64,000 bases of DNA, taken from NCBI GenBank assembly GCA_051362555.1, contig CM120640.1, positions 13,578,001 through 13,642,000 of the forward strand, written 5' to 3'. Positions within the stretch are counted from its first letter, which is position 1. Each line of letters begins with the position of its first letter. This DNA comes from Lingula anatina (taxonomy: Eukaryota > Animalia > Brachiopoda). Of the stretch, positions 38,266 through 50,852 are shown piece after piece. A program made the position numbers and the translations under genes. Under the pieces are notes generated by a model, which saw only the letters and a program-made list of their open reading frames with translations, was not told the origin of the DNA and searched no databases.

Positions 38266-40193
38266 ATGAAAAAGGCATATGTGGGCGACTACTGCTGCGT
38301 GCCTGGATGCACAAACTCCCGTGGGAAATGTAATCGGGAGGGGCAAGCAATTAGCTTTTACCAATTCCCCAAAGATGTGAGCCGCAAACACAACTGGCTG
38401 TGCCACATACCTGTTGAGAAGGATTTTACACCTACTACATCCACAAGGATATGTTCTGTGCATTTTGCAGGAGGTATATATAATCAGCTTAAATGTCTGT
38501 CACACAATATACCAAATCAACTAGGGGGTAAAGAAAATTATCCTCTATCAGCTATACTAGGTGTGACAGACATTAAAGCAATTTATTTGATAGCAATTTA
38601 ATGAGATTCCCCAGGGAGTTATACTGATCCAGATGGATCAATCTAGGCATGAGATAGGGAAGATGATCAATTAATTAATTTTTTTATGGATCAATCTAGG
38701 CATGAGATAGGGAAGATGATCAATTAATTAATTTTATTATTATTATTATTATTTATTGCGGTTCAAGTACATTTTTTAAAATGACTATGACCTAACAGTA
38801 TATATTATATAATCATATAACTAAAATTACAATAGTAAATTACAATATTGTTTATACAATAACTGCAATCAGATTTTGCAATTGCAGTATACGCTCAGTT
38901 ACTTTGGTTGATATATATAATTATATTTACTCATTTACAGGTAGAAAAAATGATGACCCGACTCATCCAAGCTACTCACCAACTATTTTTCCCAATAGTT
39001 CCTCAAAGCCCCGCACAACAAATAACTCTTTATCTGCAAATAGGAGCTACAACCAAAAGCCAAAACATATTTTCAGGAAAAGATCATCAACTGGCAGGCA
39101 AGCTGCTGGCAGGCCAAAAGTTGCCAGACTTTTAGATTGTCTGAATGAAGCAGGAGATCATGATTATTATACAACAAATAAACAACAAAATTTAACAAAA
39201 ATTCAACAATTGGAAAAAGAGGTAACTGAATTGAAAGAGCAAATTTCTGATTTAAAAGGAAAATTTCTTCGTTTGGAAAATATAAAAGATGATGACAGAA
39301 AATTTCAGTTTTGGACTAATTTGCCAAATTTTTTAGTTTTTTCTTCATTATGCGATTACTTAAAAACAAGAACAGATTCAAATAATTTATGTTACTGGAA
39401 TGGAGAGGCCACAAACACAACAGGGATGACGTCTAAAAAAGGGCCAACTAGAAAATTTACATTTGAAGAAGAATTTTTTATGGTTTTAGTTAAATTAAAG
39501 ACAGGAAAATTTAATGAAGACATTGCTCAAACTTTTGATATAAGCACAGGTCATTTTTCGAAAATCTTTACAACATGGATTAATTTTCTGAGCAATGAAC
39601 TTAAAACCTTATTTGAAATGAAATATTCAACAGAAGAACAACCTAATTGCTTTCAATCATTTGACAATTTAAAAATTATTTTAGACTGCACAGAACTTTT
39701 ATTACAAAAATCATCATCACTTGATTCAAGAAAGAGCACATTTTCAAATTATAAACATCACGATACAGTGAAATTTCTTGTTGGCATATCACCAAATCTT
39801 GCCGTGAACTTTGTGTCCAGTGCATGGGGTGGCAGAGCTTCAGACAAGCATATTACCCTGAACTCTGAGCCACTCCTGCATGGACTCAAGAGGGGGGATT
39901 TGGTGATGTCTGACAGAGGTTTCACTGTATCTGATGAATTGGAATTTCAAGGTGTAAAGATCGTAATGCCTGATTTTAAGGGAAGAGAAAGAGTGCAATT
40001 CACAAATGCCGAATCAAATAGATCAAACAAAATTTCCCATGCAAGAATTCACGTAGAAAGGATCATACAAAGAATTAAGACATTTCACTTATTAGAACAA
40101 ATTGTTAAGTTAAATATGTTTGACCTATTTGAGCAAATTTTTGTTGTTTGTGCTTACCTGACAAACTTTCAGTTACCAGTTATAAAGAAATAA
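38266..40193 (+). CDS. THAP + HTH + DDE (DDE_Tnp_4/Harbinger-like) transposase, 2 coding exons (38266-38473, 38941-40193), 486 aa
   Basis: THAP CCVPGC...FYQFP...W...ICSVHF completed across a phase-1 intron by YSPTIF; coiled coil; FEEEFFMVLVKLK helix; catalytic ILDCTE, MSDRGF, RIHVERIIQRIK; no stops. Confidence 0.92.
38633..38735 (+). repeat. Tandem duplication with 53-bp period in the transposase intron
   Basis: ATGGATCAATCTAGGCATGAGATAGGGAAGATGATCAATTAATTAATTTT occurs twice. Confidence 0.9.
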
Positions 40194-40725
40194 ATAATTC
40201 CATTCTTATTTAGTTTATTTATTTTTAGTTAGCATTTTTTGTGATTAATTGTCTTTTTCAATAATGAATTCTTGCATGGGAAATCAAGTCCAGTTATTCA
40301 GCATTACAGTCCAGACTAAGAGCACACCAAAGTTCAGTAAAATTTTGTATTTGTAAATCTCCAAGAAAACCCACTTTCAGCTTAAAATGCAGAATAATCC
40401 AGGCAAGGCAAGTTTGATTACAGTCAGTTTTATTCAAATATGTATGTGGTCAGGTTGAAACTGTATTTATATTTGTCATAGTGGTGATTTCACGGCCAAA
40501 CTTCATTTTAGGAACTTCCACATTTAAATCAAATTAAATCAACATTTGGTAAAGATCATTCAGATGCCTCTTTTATAATGACATTATATGAATCTGTTAA
40601 TGTATGTTATTCATTGAAAAAAACTAACCAAGTTTAAAAGGGTATTTTCAGTTTAAAAAGGATTGAATAACTTTATTTATGGCTTCAACCCCAAGTTGGA
40701 GTTTAAAGCAGTCTGACTTAAATTA

Positions 40726-41140
40726 TGTTGAAGGTCTCTAGTAATATGTCTTTATTCTGTTAATTGGCTTCAATATCTCTGACTTGTTTTAGGAATCACT
40801 GTAATGTATTTTGTGTGTATCAGTATATAAGGAGAAGAACTTTGTATTAGAGACAGAGAGAGATTGGGGATCAGAGCTCGGAGTGAGTTTGGTCAGTCAA
40901 ACCGATAGCTGGATTGTCCCTGCTGTCTTAGGAGACTCCAGATCTCTCAACCAGAGAAATAAACGTAAAGATCAGTCATTTGTAGTTGTTCTCTGGAAAA
41001 CATATTACTGCTGTTGTGTTACCTGTTGGAGAAGTAAATCAGACCAAAGTGTCCCGTGATATATTCATCAAAGGAGAATTCTGCAGACTACTGTAATATC
41101 ATTTCCTGTCAGAGATGTAATGCAGACTTACATCTCAACA
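40726..41140 (+). mobile_element. Probable solo LTR inside the transposon
   Basis: TGTTGA...TCAACA inverted ends, internal TATATAAG (~40825) and AATAAA (~40958); flanks ATTA/AGTA (3 of 4 match). Confidence 0.6.
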
Positions 41141-41712
41141 AGTAATTTTAATATTTTTGAAATATGAACATATTATAAGATTGTATAATAAAGGTATGGG
41201 ATTGGTATGTTACTACATTGTTAAGAAATGCCATTTTCAGCCAGTAATTTATTGTACATCCCAATTAGTCATTTGAGTACATACATATAGTATTGGAATA
41301 GAATAAAATTTTCATGTTTGTGTACTCAACATTTGTATTTTTACATCATTTAAACTGTTATTGTAATTGACTTTGTAAAACACTGTATTTTATCATGAAC
41401 TGTTCAAGTCCTTAAATAAACTCATTAAGGAGGAAATTGCAATTACTCCTCAAATCTTCATATAAATGCATGTTACCAAACTTTTTGTAAATACATTATG
41501 AACAAGTTTAGGAATTTATGTATATGTTGACATGATGGTGATTGAGGTTGGGTATAATGATTTAATATAATTATATAAACAACCATTCTCAATATGAAAG
41601 TACTACACCAATATGTGCACATATTTTGTAATGTTCTATATACATCACATAATTACACTGGGAATCATTTCCCAATATTGGTTTTGACCAATTCAGTAAT
41701 CATTTTCATTCC

Positions 41713-43584
41713 CTAACACATCTTGGGCATTTTGTTCTTATTGTTCCAGCTTAAAATATTCGGCACTATATATTGCTTAAAAAAGCTTACACAACCAGGT
41801 AATAATTTTTTTTGGCAAAATTCAGCATTATACCCAACCTCAATCACCATCATGTCAACATTTGTCCAAATTACAAATTCACATTTATTCAATTTTAGAA
41901 TATACATCAATGCCTGAACTTGTTCATAATAGCCCTCTGTTGAGAATGGTTTTAGCATAAAATTGCCATCCAGATACCTTATCTTACCACATTTTATGGC
42001 ATCTTTCACCATCATATTCCTGCATGAATATGGACACTTAATTTCTAACACTCTCTCAGAATGGCAGCTACATGTTATTATTCCATCTGGACTGCCTCTT
42101 ATATATGGATAGTCTTCAGCAACAACTAGGCCTTTCTCATTAATTGACAAGTTTGTGTGTTGCTTCTTCTGTTGTCTAAGGTACTGATCTCTTGCCTTCT
42201 TTTCATTACTAATCCCCCACTTAAGTGATGGTACTGTAGTATAAGGGATATTGTCTTCAGAGCATTCTCTCCCCATGATGGCAGTAATGACCGATTTGCA
42301 TGGGGGTTTCTGCTTTTCAAATGTGCGAAGAATGGACCCCATCCTTGAGGCTGTAACTGCACCCCTTCTTTGCTGGTGCCACTCAGGGTTCTCTCTCTGG
42401 CCTCTTGTGGATTCCTCAATCTGATGAATTTCATTTTCACTAAATTTTATTGATTTTACAAAATTTTCAACTTGATCGTTAATGCATGCATCTGCATCAT
42501 AATCACAATTATGAGGATGGTCAAAAATTGGTAATGGTAATGCAGTGACAGTAACTTCATTGTCAAATAAAATTGAATTGTCATTTTCTAGGTGTGTATC
42601 AAAGAGAATAGAATCTGGAATTTTATTTGCATTATGGAGATTTGCTCCCAAAAGATGTACTGCAGGACAATATTGTCCTATGTGATGTGTGGCATTAAAA
42701 AGGCTCGCCCTCAACTTTAAAATGTCATCTTTTGAAGGTGGTTTTTGCTGTCGTATGACCTGTCCATAGTCGTCAGGGGTCCTCTGCATGCTGCTCACAT
42801 TCTTTTTTATAGGAAGATGAGACAGCAGTGATGGACTTGCAGAGGACCCTTTAGGCTCCAGCCACTCGCACAGCAAGGAGGTGCTAGCTGTTATGTCCTC
42901 CTTGACTCCACTTGCAACTAGGTCTGCAACCCTAAATAGTGTTGCCCCTATATGGCCACATGTCAAGGAATAGCCTACAGAACAGGTACAAAACCCACCA
43001 CATGGAATGGCATTGATTTTGTTTATAACAACAAAAACCACCTTTACATCCTCAGAAATTGTTGATTGAGAGGCATTGCAATAGGCCCTTATTATACTAA
43101 AAAATTTCAAATCTGAACATTGGCTATAACGAACAGAATGCACAGAATCTTTTAACTGATACGGGCGAGAGAGTTTGTAGGTTCTTGCACAATCTGCTGT
43201 GATGACTTCTGTATTTAAAAGATATCTTTTTATGTCTGACACATCTATATCTGGGATGTTTAATAAATTCGTTGAAAAGTCATTTCGTGTACAGAGCTTT
43301 TGGGGACTGACATTTTGATGAAATTCTTGGAATTGTTCGTCAGATAATTTTACTCCTGGGTGAAGTAATGAGTCCTTTGTTTTGAACCCTGTAGTTGACA
43401 GTCCCAATATGTCACACAAAAAAATGCACCTTGCCTTTTTTGGGTAGTGCACTGCAATTTGGTGCTTCAAACATAATTTTTTTAAGGTCTCTGCTTTCAG
43501 TGCAAATACTTCTGTGCATGATCTTGGTTGTAATGTCACAGTATCTTCTTCGGTCTTGCTTTTAGTTTTCATCTCCCCAACCAA
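41713..43584 (-). CDS. SWIM zinc finger + YqaJ/lambda-exonuclease-like protein (transposon second ORF); first ATG at 43572
   Basis: SWIM CTCSVGYSLTCGH; YqaJ motifs TRGQ...WHQQRRGAVTAS, WGISNE, GSPDG, LEIKCPY, YYEQVQ; open for ~620 aa; splice acceptor at 43585-86. Confidence 0.9.
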   Translation of the reverse strand: MVGEMKTKSKTEEDTVTLQPRSCTEVFALKAETLKKLCLKHQIAVHYPKKARCIFLCDILGLSTTGFKTKDSLLHPGVKLSDEQFQEFHQNVSPQKLCTRNDFSTNLLNIPDIDVSDIKRYLLNTEVITADCARTYKLSRPYQLKDSVHSVRYSQCSDLKFFSIIRAYCNASQSTISEDVKVVFVVINKINAIPCGGFCTCSVGYSLTCGHIGATLFRVADLVASGVKEDITASTSLLCEWLEPKGSSASPSLLSHLPIKKNVSSMQRTPDDYGQVIRQQKPPSKDDILKLRASLFNATHHIGQYCPAVHLLGANLHNANKIPDSILFDTHLENDNSILFDNEVTVTALPLPIFDHPHNCDYDADACINDQVENFVKSIKFSENEIHQIEESTRGQRENPEWHQQRRGAVTASRMGSILRTFEKQKPPCKSVITAIMGRECSEDNIPYTTVPSLKWGISNEKKARDQYLRQQKKQHTNLSINEKGLVVAEDYPYIRGSPDGIITCSCHSERVLEIKCPYSCRNMMVKDAIKCGKIRYLDGNFMLKPFSTEGYYEQVQALMYILKLNKCEFVIWTNVDMMVIEVGYNAEFCQKKLLPGCVSFFKQYIVPNILSWNNKNKMPKMC

Positions 43585-44249
43585 CTAAAATAAAAACATG
43601 AGATTTCTATACTAGTTGTGACAGACATTAAAGCAATTTATTTGTAACAGGAAGCATTAATTAGGGCAGGGGAAGAGGTTTAGACAGTAACAACAAGAGA
43701 TCAATGTTTGTACATGTGTACAATTAGGGATAAAAAACTAGACCCTCACCCTAGACCTTTCATAATGGGTAAATGACAACAATGAACTTGCTTTCCTTAT
43801 GATTTTCTTCTTTGCATTTATTCTGCCTTATATTCAATACCGGATAACTACTAGTACTAGAATAATTTCATAAAATCAGACAGGGAAAAATCACACAGGG
43901 AAAATATAATCTGCTATACTCAAGTAAACATATCAAGAAAGGTTCAACTATCAATTGTCCTTTACCTAGTAGACTAAGTTAGCATATCCTAACCACTTTC
44001 AAATAAATAATGATGCTTTTCAGAGTGGAAACCTCCATGCATGCAATACATGTTCAAAGTACAACATACTTACAGATCCTGTACACCATGGGCACCTTGA
44101 GAGGAAATGATCATAAAATGGACAAAATGTTTTCTGTACTAATATACAAGTATAAATGAAAAACAATACTCTATATGATACAAATATATTTTAAAATTTG
44201 ATACTGTTTGAGGGCAAATGTAGGACAAGAAGGTAGTTATTTAAGTAGC

Positions 44250-45104
44250 TGGTAACTTTGGAAAAGGGAGAGCTTGGGAATCGAACCCAAGACCTTCCAC
44301 ACAAGGTGAACGCTCTACCACTGAGCTTGCTCTCCTGTGATATTTCACTGCCACCTGTCCTGACTAATGTCCACTGCCTCAAAACAATGTACCACTAAAA
44401 TCAAGCTAGTGGCGCCGACAACTATCAAATCAGCCCACAAGCATGATAGTGGAAGCGCTGAATTTATTTGCCTTTATCAGACATATTGTTCTGACCAGAA
44501 TTACCCTTTTCTTCTTATTTTAAAAATGGGACACTCTTACTATATCTAATATACTTTCAAACAAATGTAAATATTTTGGTCTAAAAATAACGGAACAACT
44601 GACATATGGTAACATAAAGATAAATGGGTATACGACTTTCCTGACATATCACAATTCCTCTCAGTGTCTCACTCACGGCTCTCTTGCTGGAAGTTGGGTA
44701 AATTTGGCCTGGCTATGGTTTACAAAATGGACATCCGACTCATATCGGACTCGCAGAAAATCAAAACAAACCAACGTGACTTTAAAAATGGGTCAAACAA
44801 GACAAGCACGAACGCAATCTCCTCTCAACACATCTAACACACTGCGGTGCGCAAATGCGCTCCAAGTCAGCCTATCGTCTAAATAAAAAAAAATTATTAA
44901 AAAACGACTAATTTCATGGCAAAATGTGATAATCATGAGGAGAAATATTAGTTTTATTCATATCTATTTTATTTGAAATTAAATAATCATTTTTCACTTA
45001 CCTGTGCGGCATTTAATTCACGCGTCTATAGAATTGCTATGGGAAAAAAATACCGGAACTCCTGTTGCGCGCAAAGGATTATGGTCTATATGAATAAGGC
45101 GAAT
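44250..45104 (-). repeat. Right terminal inverted repeat, 855 bp including the AT
   Basis: Reverse complement of 37114-37968. Confidence 0.97.
44266..44335 (-). ncRNA. tRNA-like Pol III unit in the right TIR (identical copy)
   Basis: Exact reverse complement of 37883-37952. Confidence 0.8.
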
Positions 45105-45401
45105 AGAGACAATAAAATAGAGTCAGCTTGTGAAACAAAAATAAACCAACTTAAACATAATAATCGAAATAAAATACTGCCGGGCATCGGAGCGGCCTAA
45201 AACTTGGCACGCTTACCGCAAATACTGCAGGCTACATCATCCCGTCGCTCGTTTGTAAATTCCGTGCATGGCATACGCACAATCAAACCGTATATCCAAA
45301 TTGCACCTCTGATGTTTAAATTGGTCCTCTCTACAATCCAATTCAGGAAATGACGTAACCGCAGAGGTCGCATTGTCCAATTGCATGGCTTCTTTTTCAT
45401 A

Positions 45402-48400
45402 ATGGTAGGTTAGAGCGTGACTAACATGAAAATGTTATAACTTAGACTACACCATTTGAAATAAAACCACGCAGTTCAGTTTCTAATGCGGGCACCTGAT
45501 AGGTTTTATAATGATATCCCAGTTACACGTATAACGGTATTTGGTAAAATATTCTCTGAATACAGTTCTTCATGTTGCCCATTTGTGTAAGTTGCACTAT
45601 TGGTGGAAGGGGGCGTGGTTATTTCAATACTGGGTAGTCATTCTGCTGTATCTCCTCCTTGGTTGTCTACAAGTTAGGTTGCTGTGAAATGATACACAGG
45701 CTGTGCTGAACAAATTTCTGAATTCCAGAAGTATACATTGGAAATTGTTTCCTATCGGACACAAATTCTCAAATAATCAAATTGGCCATGCAGCTTCTTT
45801 TGTACAGCTAAGATCTAATAGATCTTAGTGTACAGTAATTTCTTTTATGCGGTTATTTACTTCCTGGCAGGAAAAATATTGTGTCAATATTTGACCTAGC
45901 TTGTGCATTCAAAAGTCCATTTTTGGTTTCATTTGTGGTGTTTAATTTCATGGTAGCTTTGCTGGTAGCCATCATGATGGATCTTACCTTAATCTTGGCT
46001 CTGTCAAGTTTAGTAGGCTAAAACAGTCCAGTTTCAATGGAAATTAGTATGAATAATTCAATACAAATGCAATACATGTAATACAAATTAAAATTAAAAT
46101 TTCACTTCAAACCAATCCCTATACAATGATCTAACAACTGTCTTTAAAAAATTAAAATGTGCGATTTAACACCTACTTTACGTATGTTTAACCAAAACTG
46201 TATACTTTATTTGATTTTAATTTCTGAACTATTAGTCAAAGAAGAGGGGATTAAGCCTTGAAGAAAAAAGAACAAGGATGATGGAATTTTTCTTTGAAAA
46301 GGTACGTACCCTTGCATGTTATTGTACTTTGAGTGTAATATTTAAAGGTATTTTATATGTCCAACTCATAAATCAATGCTCAACCATGATTGAGGCAGGT
46401 TATCATTTTGAGGATCTGAACTGGGAAAGATAAAGTGTATTGCCCTGCAGGATATCTTAGGCCTTCAGCCAGAAATTTCCAGACACTTTCGCTATAAAAC
46501 CAACATGTTTCTTTAAGATGGTATAGAACCTAGACCAAATTTTAATTCAGATTGTGTTATTTTTTTATCAATTATTAATTTTTCTCTATAGAAAAAGTTT
46601 GGAATGTTTTATAAGTAGGCAATATGTTGATCAATATCAAATGGTCATTTTTTTTTTCAATTCTGAAATTTATTACAACCATGTTATTAATCTTTATATT
46701 TAATGTACTTAGTTCCACAACAATTTTTTCTTCAATTGCAGAAAGACTGTTTCCAGTTAAAGGAACTAGAAAAACAATGTCAAAAAGAGAAAGGGATCAC
46801 CTCAATGTCAGTAAAAGATGTTCTTACCAGCCTTGTTGATGATGCTATGGTGGATACAGACAAAATAGGAACTTCAGTTTACTTTTGGGCTTTTCCAAGT
46901 AAAGCCAGTCAAAATGTAAGTATTAGTTTATACGATTAGCATGTGAGTTACTAAGGCAAAGAATGACATAGTTTATATCTTGAATTATAAAATATGTCAG
47001 AATTGAGTTTTTTTTTTTCCAGAGAAAGAGAAAATTGAACGATCTTGGCAAAAATTTAGAAGAGTTAGAAAGGAAAAAGAGTAACTTGGCAAATGCTATT
47101 TGCAAAGCAAAGATGGGGAAAGAGGAAAGCGTAAGTAACCTTAAGTTTCCAACCACTTTGTAGGTTTTGAACTTTTGAAGGGTCACTCACATGAAGTCAA
47201 AACTCACATGGTGTAATACAAAAACTCAAGTGTATCTTTTATTGAGTTAATTCACCTTATATCTGTCACCTCTCCTAACTGATTTGGTTCTTGTCTCCAG
47301 GAATCTTTATTGTCAATTATGTCTCAGTAATGTTTTTTTGATATACCCGATATACCATCTCATTTTGTGCTGTAATCTGTCTAGCATATAATAATAATAT
47401 TTATTTTCTTATATAGCGCATTCCATTTTTTACATTTCAATGCACTTTACAAATAATTAAAAAGTCTAAAAATAACAATACTAAAATACTTTAACATTTA
47501 CTGATAAAATTAATTAATTAAAGAAAGCAGAGAAAATTTATTGATATAACTTTAAAATACTACTAAAATTAACCCAAGCTCACTCTTAATAAATGATAAA
47601 CAACTAAAAGGTTTAAAGGAACACTAACCATAAAATTCTTTAAAAAGATGAGTTTTAAGACAGGCTTTAAAAGTATTATATAAATAAATAAACATTGACT
47701 AGTTTAGATTCAGCAGTCAGTTTACTAGTATGGTATGCCGAAATGAAAATGAATGATGTCTAGTAGAGTTTTTGTAATATTTCCCTTAAAAAGAGCAACA
47801 TATGAAGACTTGAGTATTATATGTAATTTCAATGATAGTAAATACGTACACCAAGTACTTCATACTATCATTTAAAAGTTTGGCCTGAGAGGTGTAAGAA
47901 AGGGAAAACTATTACTATAGGTAATGTCTCCCTTAAGAGCCTTGCTTTTTCAATACTTATATAGAGTATTTGTGCAATACTTCATTCTAATTCTAAAATT
48001 TCCAATTATTTTAAGAATAACAGCAACTTCCTGCTTGTAGGCTGACAGAACCCAGGTCCTTGCAGATCTATCCAGAGCTCAAGATGAAAGAGACAAATTG
48101 CGATTAGAAGTTGATAAATATAAAGAATGTGACCCAGAAGTTTTAGAAGCTATGAAGAAAGAGGCACTTATTGCCAAAGAAGCTGCTAACAGATGGACAG
48201 GTACAACATATCAGATCTCATTGATGTGATTGCTGATGCAAAATTGCTTAGATGGTTTGGTTACAAGAGGTCTTAAATGTTGGAATATGTAGTCTGTGTT
48301 GGGAATGGGGAAATAAAAAATCAGGTACTTTTATATGAGGGGCTTTATCATTCTGAATTGGGAAAGACAATTAGATTTGCAGGACCATATGAAAACAAAA

Positions 48401-48649
48401 AATTATGACTTTGCATCAGTTTCAAGCAAGGATAATTGGTATATCCAGCATAAATTATGAGGATGAAGATATGAATAAGACAAGAATTGCATTGTCATTT
48501 ATGTAATTTCTTTATTGTGATACATATTTTTTTTTTTTTCAGATAATATCTTTGCCACAAAATCTTGGATCAAAAGAAAATTTGCTTTTGAGGACAGTGT
48601 AATTGACAAGCAATTTGGAATACCAGAAGACTTTGACTATTTAGAGTAA
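45402..48649 (+). CDS. MND1: Meiotic nuclear division protein 1, 205 aa
   Basis: ATG-only exon (45402-04; alternative candidate 36765-67), then 46236-46301 [15 protein letters not shown], 46742-46915 ...[15 protein letters not shown], 47023-47130, 48041-48200 ...EAANRWT, 48543-48649 DNIF...[11 protein letters not shown]; 618 nt in frame. Confidence 0.95.
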
Positions 48650-48821
48650 AATTTAAAACTGTCAATATCCAGTAGAGAACAGTTCATTGAATATTTCTTT
48701 CATCAGATGCCTAAGTTACACAAAAAGCACAGAATAAACCTTGAGACTTTCTTAATAATTTATTCTGTCCTCTAATCAGTTTAAACACATTTAATCTGTA
48801 ATGCAAAACCTGACTGTTCCA

Positions 48822-49255
48822 TACCCTCTACCAGGGCGACAGATTGATTTTTCACAAGATATTCACAGATAAGTCTCTAGATAAACAGACAGACATTTGG
48901 CTCTGTCACCCCATGCTACAATCTCAAGGCTGATTACATGGCTGGTAATTGTTTGCATAACTGCGCAGGCACTGCCACTTAACAGACCCAATCTAAGTAC
49001 CCTTGACAGCAATCAAGACAGTGAATCGCTTTGACCTTAATCACTTTCTCTTTAGTGACAGATAAAAATAGCCCCTTAGTAACAGCTTGTTACTTCAGAT
49101 TGAAGTTAACTGAGGAATATCCTGTAGTAGCTCCCTACAGAGTGGGCACACTGCTATATGCGTGCAGGCAGATTAAATTGCTTTCCTCTGGCCAAAAGCC
49201 ACAGGGTGCTGTTTTCAAGATTTCCCTTTCATATCTGCCACCCTAGTAGAGGGTA
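48822..49255. mobile_element. Degenerate MITE-like element downstream of MND1
   Basis: TACCCTCTACCAGGGCGACAGAT versus ATCTGCCACCCTAGTAGAGGGTA inverted ends. Confidence 0.55.
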
Positions 49256-49939
49256 ACTGATCCATCTTCTAGTCTGAGGGAATATATGGCCACAACTACA
49301 TGTACCCTGCTTTAGGAAGGGTGAATGCAAGTGAATAATCACTGCATACCAAGGGTGGAATGTTCCAACATGCTGACTGGTTCCAATCACAATACACATC
49401 TCTAGTATTAGTGTAAATTACTTATAAGTCATGGAAAAATAAAAACAAATAGCAGTATTTATAAAACCTTCCAAACAATTCAGGAAATTTACAATATCCT
49501 GAAACTGAACCTGTAAATCAATTTGGCTTAATGCACAGTAAATTACCACATTAAAATTAAGACATAAATTGCCTATTCTAATATACAAGAAATTAATGAG
49601 TACTGTTATTTTTGCTTTGGCACTTGAAAGAACTATCTTGGGTTATTATTAAATGAGTATTTTTTATTTGAAACATATTGAAATTTTAATATGATATGCA
49701 CATTTTATTCCTTTAAATTACAAATGGTAACAAACACTTTCACACATTACACCAAATAATCTGGGACTGATCAAAAGTTTGGCCCCTGGGAGGTACAATG
49801 CTCCTGTGGAATTCATTTCAAAACAGTGTCACCTGCTTTAAATATATAATATAGTAAATATATGCACCATGTTGTTTTTGCACTCCTTTTAATGGCGAAA
49901 GGCTGCCACAGCATGTTGAGACAGTTTTTGGAAATGCCC

Positions 49940-50852
49940 TCATTGCTGTTGAGTCCTCCTGTTGGGCCGTATAGGTCGATATAGATACACAGCCACAATT
50001 ACATACAATGCTGCCAAGCCCAGAAGCACTCCTAGTGTCAGACCTACAATCCAATAATATTTGCCATAACGTTATTATAACATTCAATGCATTTAAGAGT
50101 TTGCTATTGCATGGAAGCAAAATGATGTAGCTGGGAAACATAATTGGCTATACCAAGTACAAAGAAATATATTTTTTTACTTTCAAAATCTAGTTTCTTG
50201 TGATAAGTGAGGTTTATCTTAACTAACAAAATATTTATGATTGGGATTATTTGTCATTACAGTGTTTTAAGGTAAATGAATTGGTTCTTACGGTCCGTTT
50301 TATAAGAAATTGTAGCATTTGCACTTCATGTGAACCATTGCTGGTAAAATGTTAATGAAAAAAAAATTCTAATATTGGATCTTACGTTGAAACACAGTTC
50401 ATGACATTCCAACCTTACTGAAAAGCCTTCTTCAAGTGAACTGAATCTGATTTGTCACTTTTGTCATGTGGTGACAGTCTGTGAAAGATGTCTCCCAGGG
50501 CCTGATCCCACAGATGTGGTAGTTGGTATCTCAGCTAGTCTATCACCATGTTTGTTGAGGTTAGGTTTGTTCAATCTGGTGATTAATGGCCTCCCACTCT
50601 TCTGTCACCATGTAAGGCCAGTGACAACTAAAATCAGTTCACCTGTAGAGGGTCTTGTGATAAGGCTGAAGCACTGTAATCTCCATTTCAACAAAAAATC
50701 CAGATTTTTTTTACATTATCTCAACATAATAAGGCTGGATGAAGCCAAACTTTTAACTTGATATTACTAGCACAAAGTTCACCTAGTTTTTGTTTCTTCA
50801 GCACTTCAATAACATTATTTCCATGTTCAGGATCACTCGCTATCCCGATCAT
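49940..50852 (-). CDS. Candidate 57-aa single-pass membrane microprotein (exons 50783-50852 and 49940-50043)
   Basis: Phase-1 splice gives MIGIASDPEHGNNVIEVLKKQKLGLTLGVLLGLAALYVIVAVYLYRPIRPNRRTQQQ*; upstream donor GTAAGT at 51028 and acceptor at 50908. Confidence 0.4.

Larger units (their letters stand above)
37116..45102. mobile_element. Autonomous-looking PHIS/ISL2EU-type DNA transposon with long terminal inverted repeats
   Basis: Long TIRs; AT at 37114-15 and 45103-04 as probable target duplication; THAP-HTH-DDE transposase plus convergent YqaJ gene, the pairing known for ISL2EU. Confidence 0.9.

Noticed and set aside
41713-43584. YqaJ gene as evidence of a phage or viral insertion
   Set aside because: It has spliceosomal signals and is the expected partner ORF of ISL2EU-type transposons; no other viral genes are present
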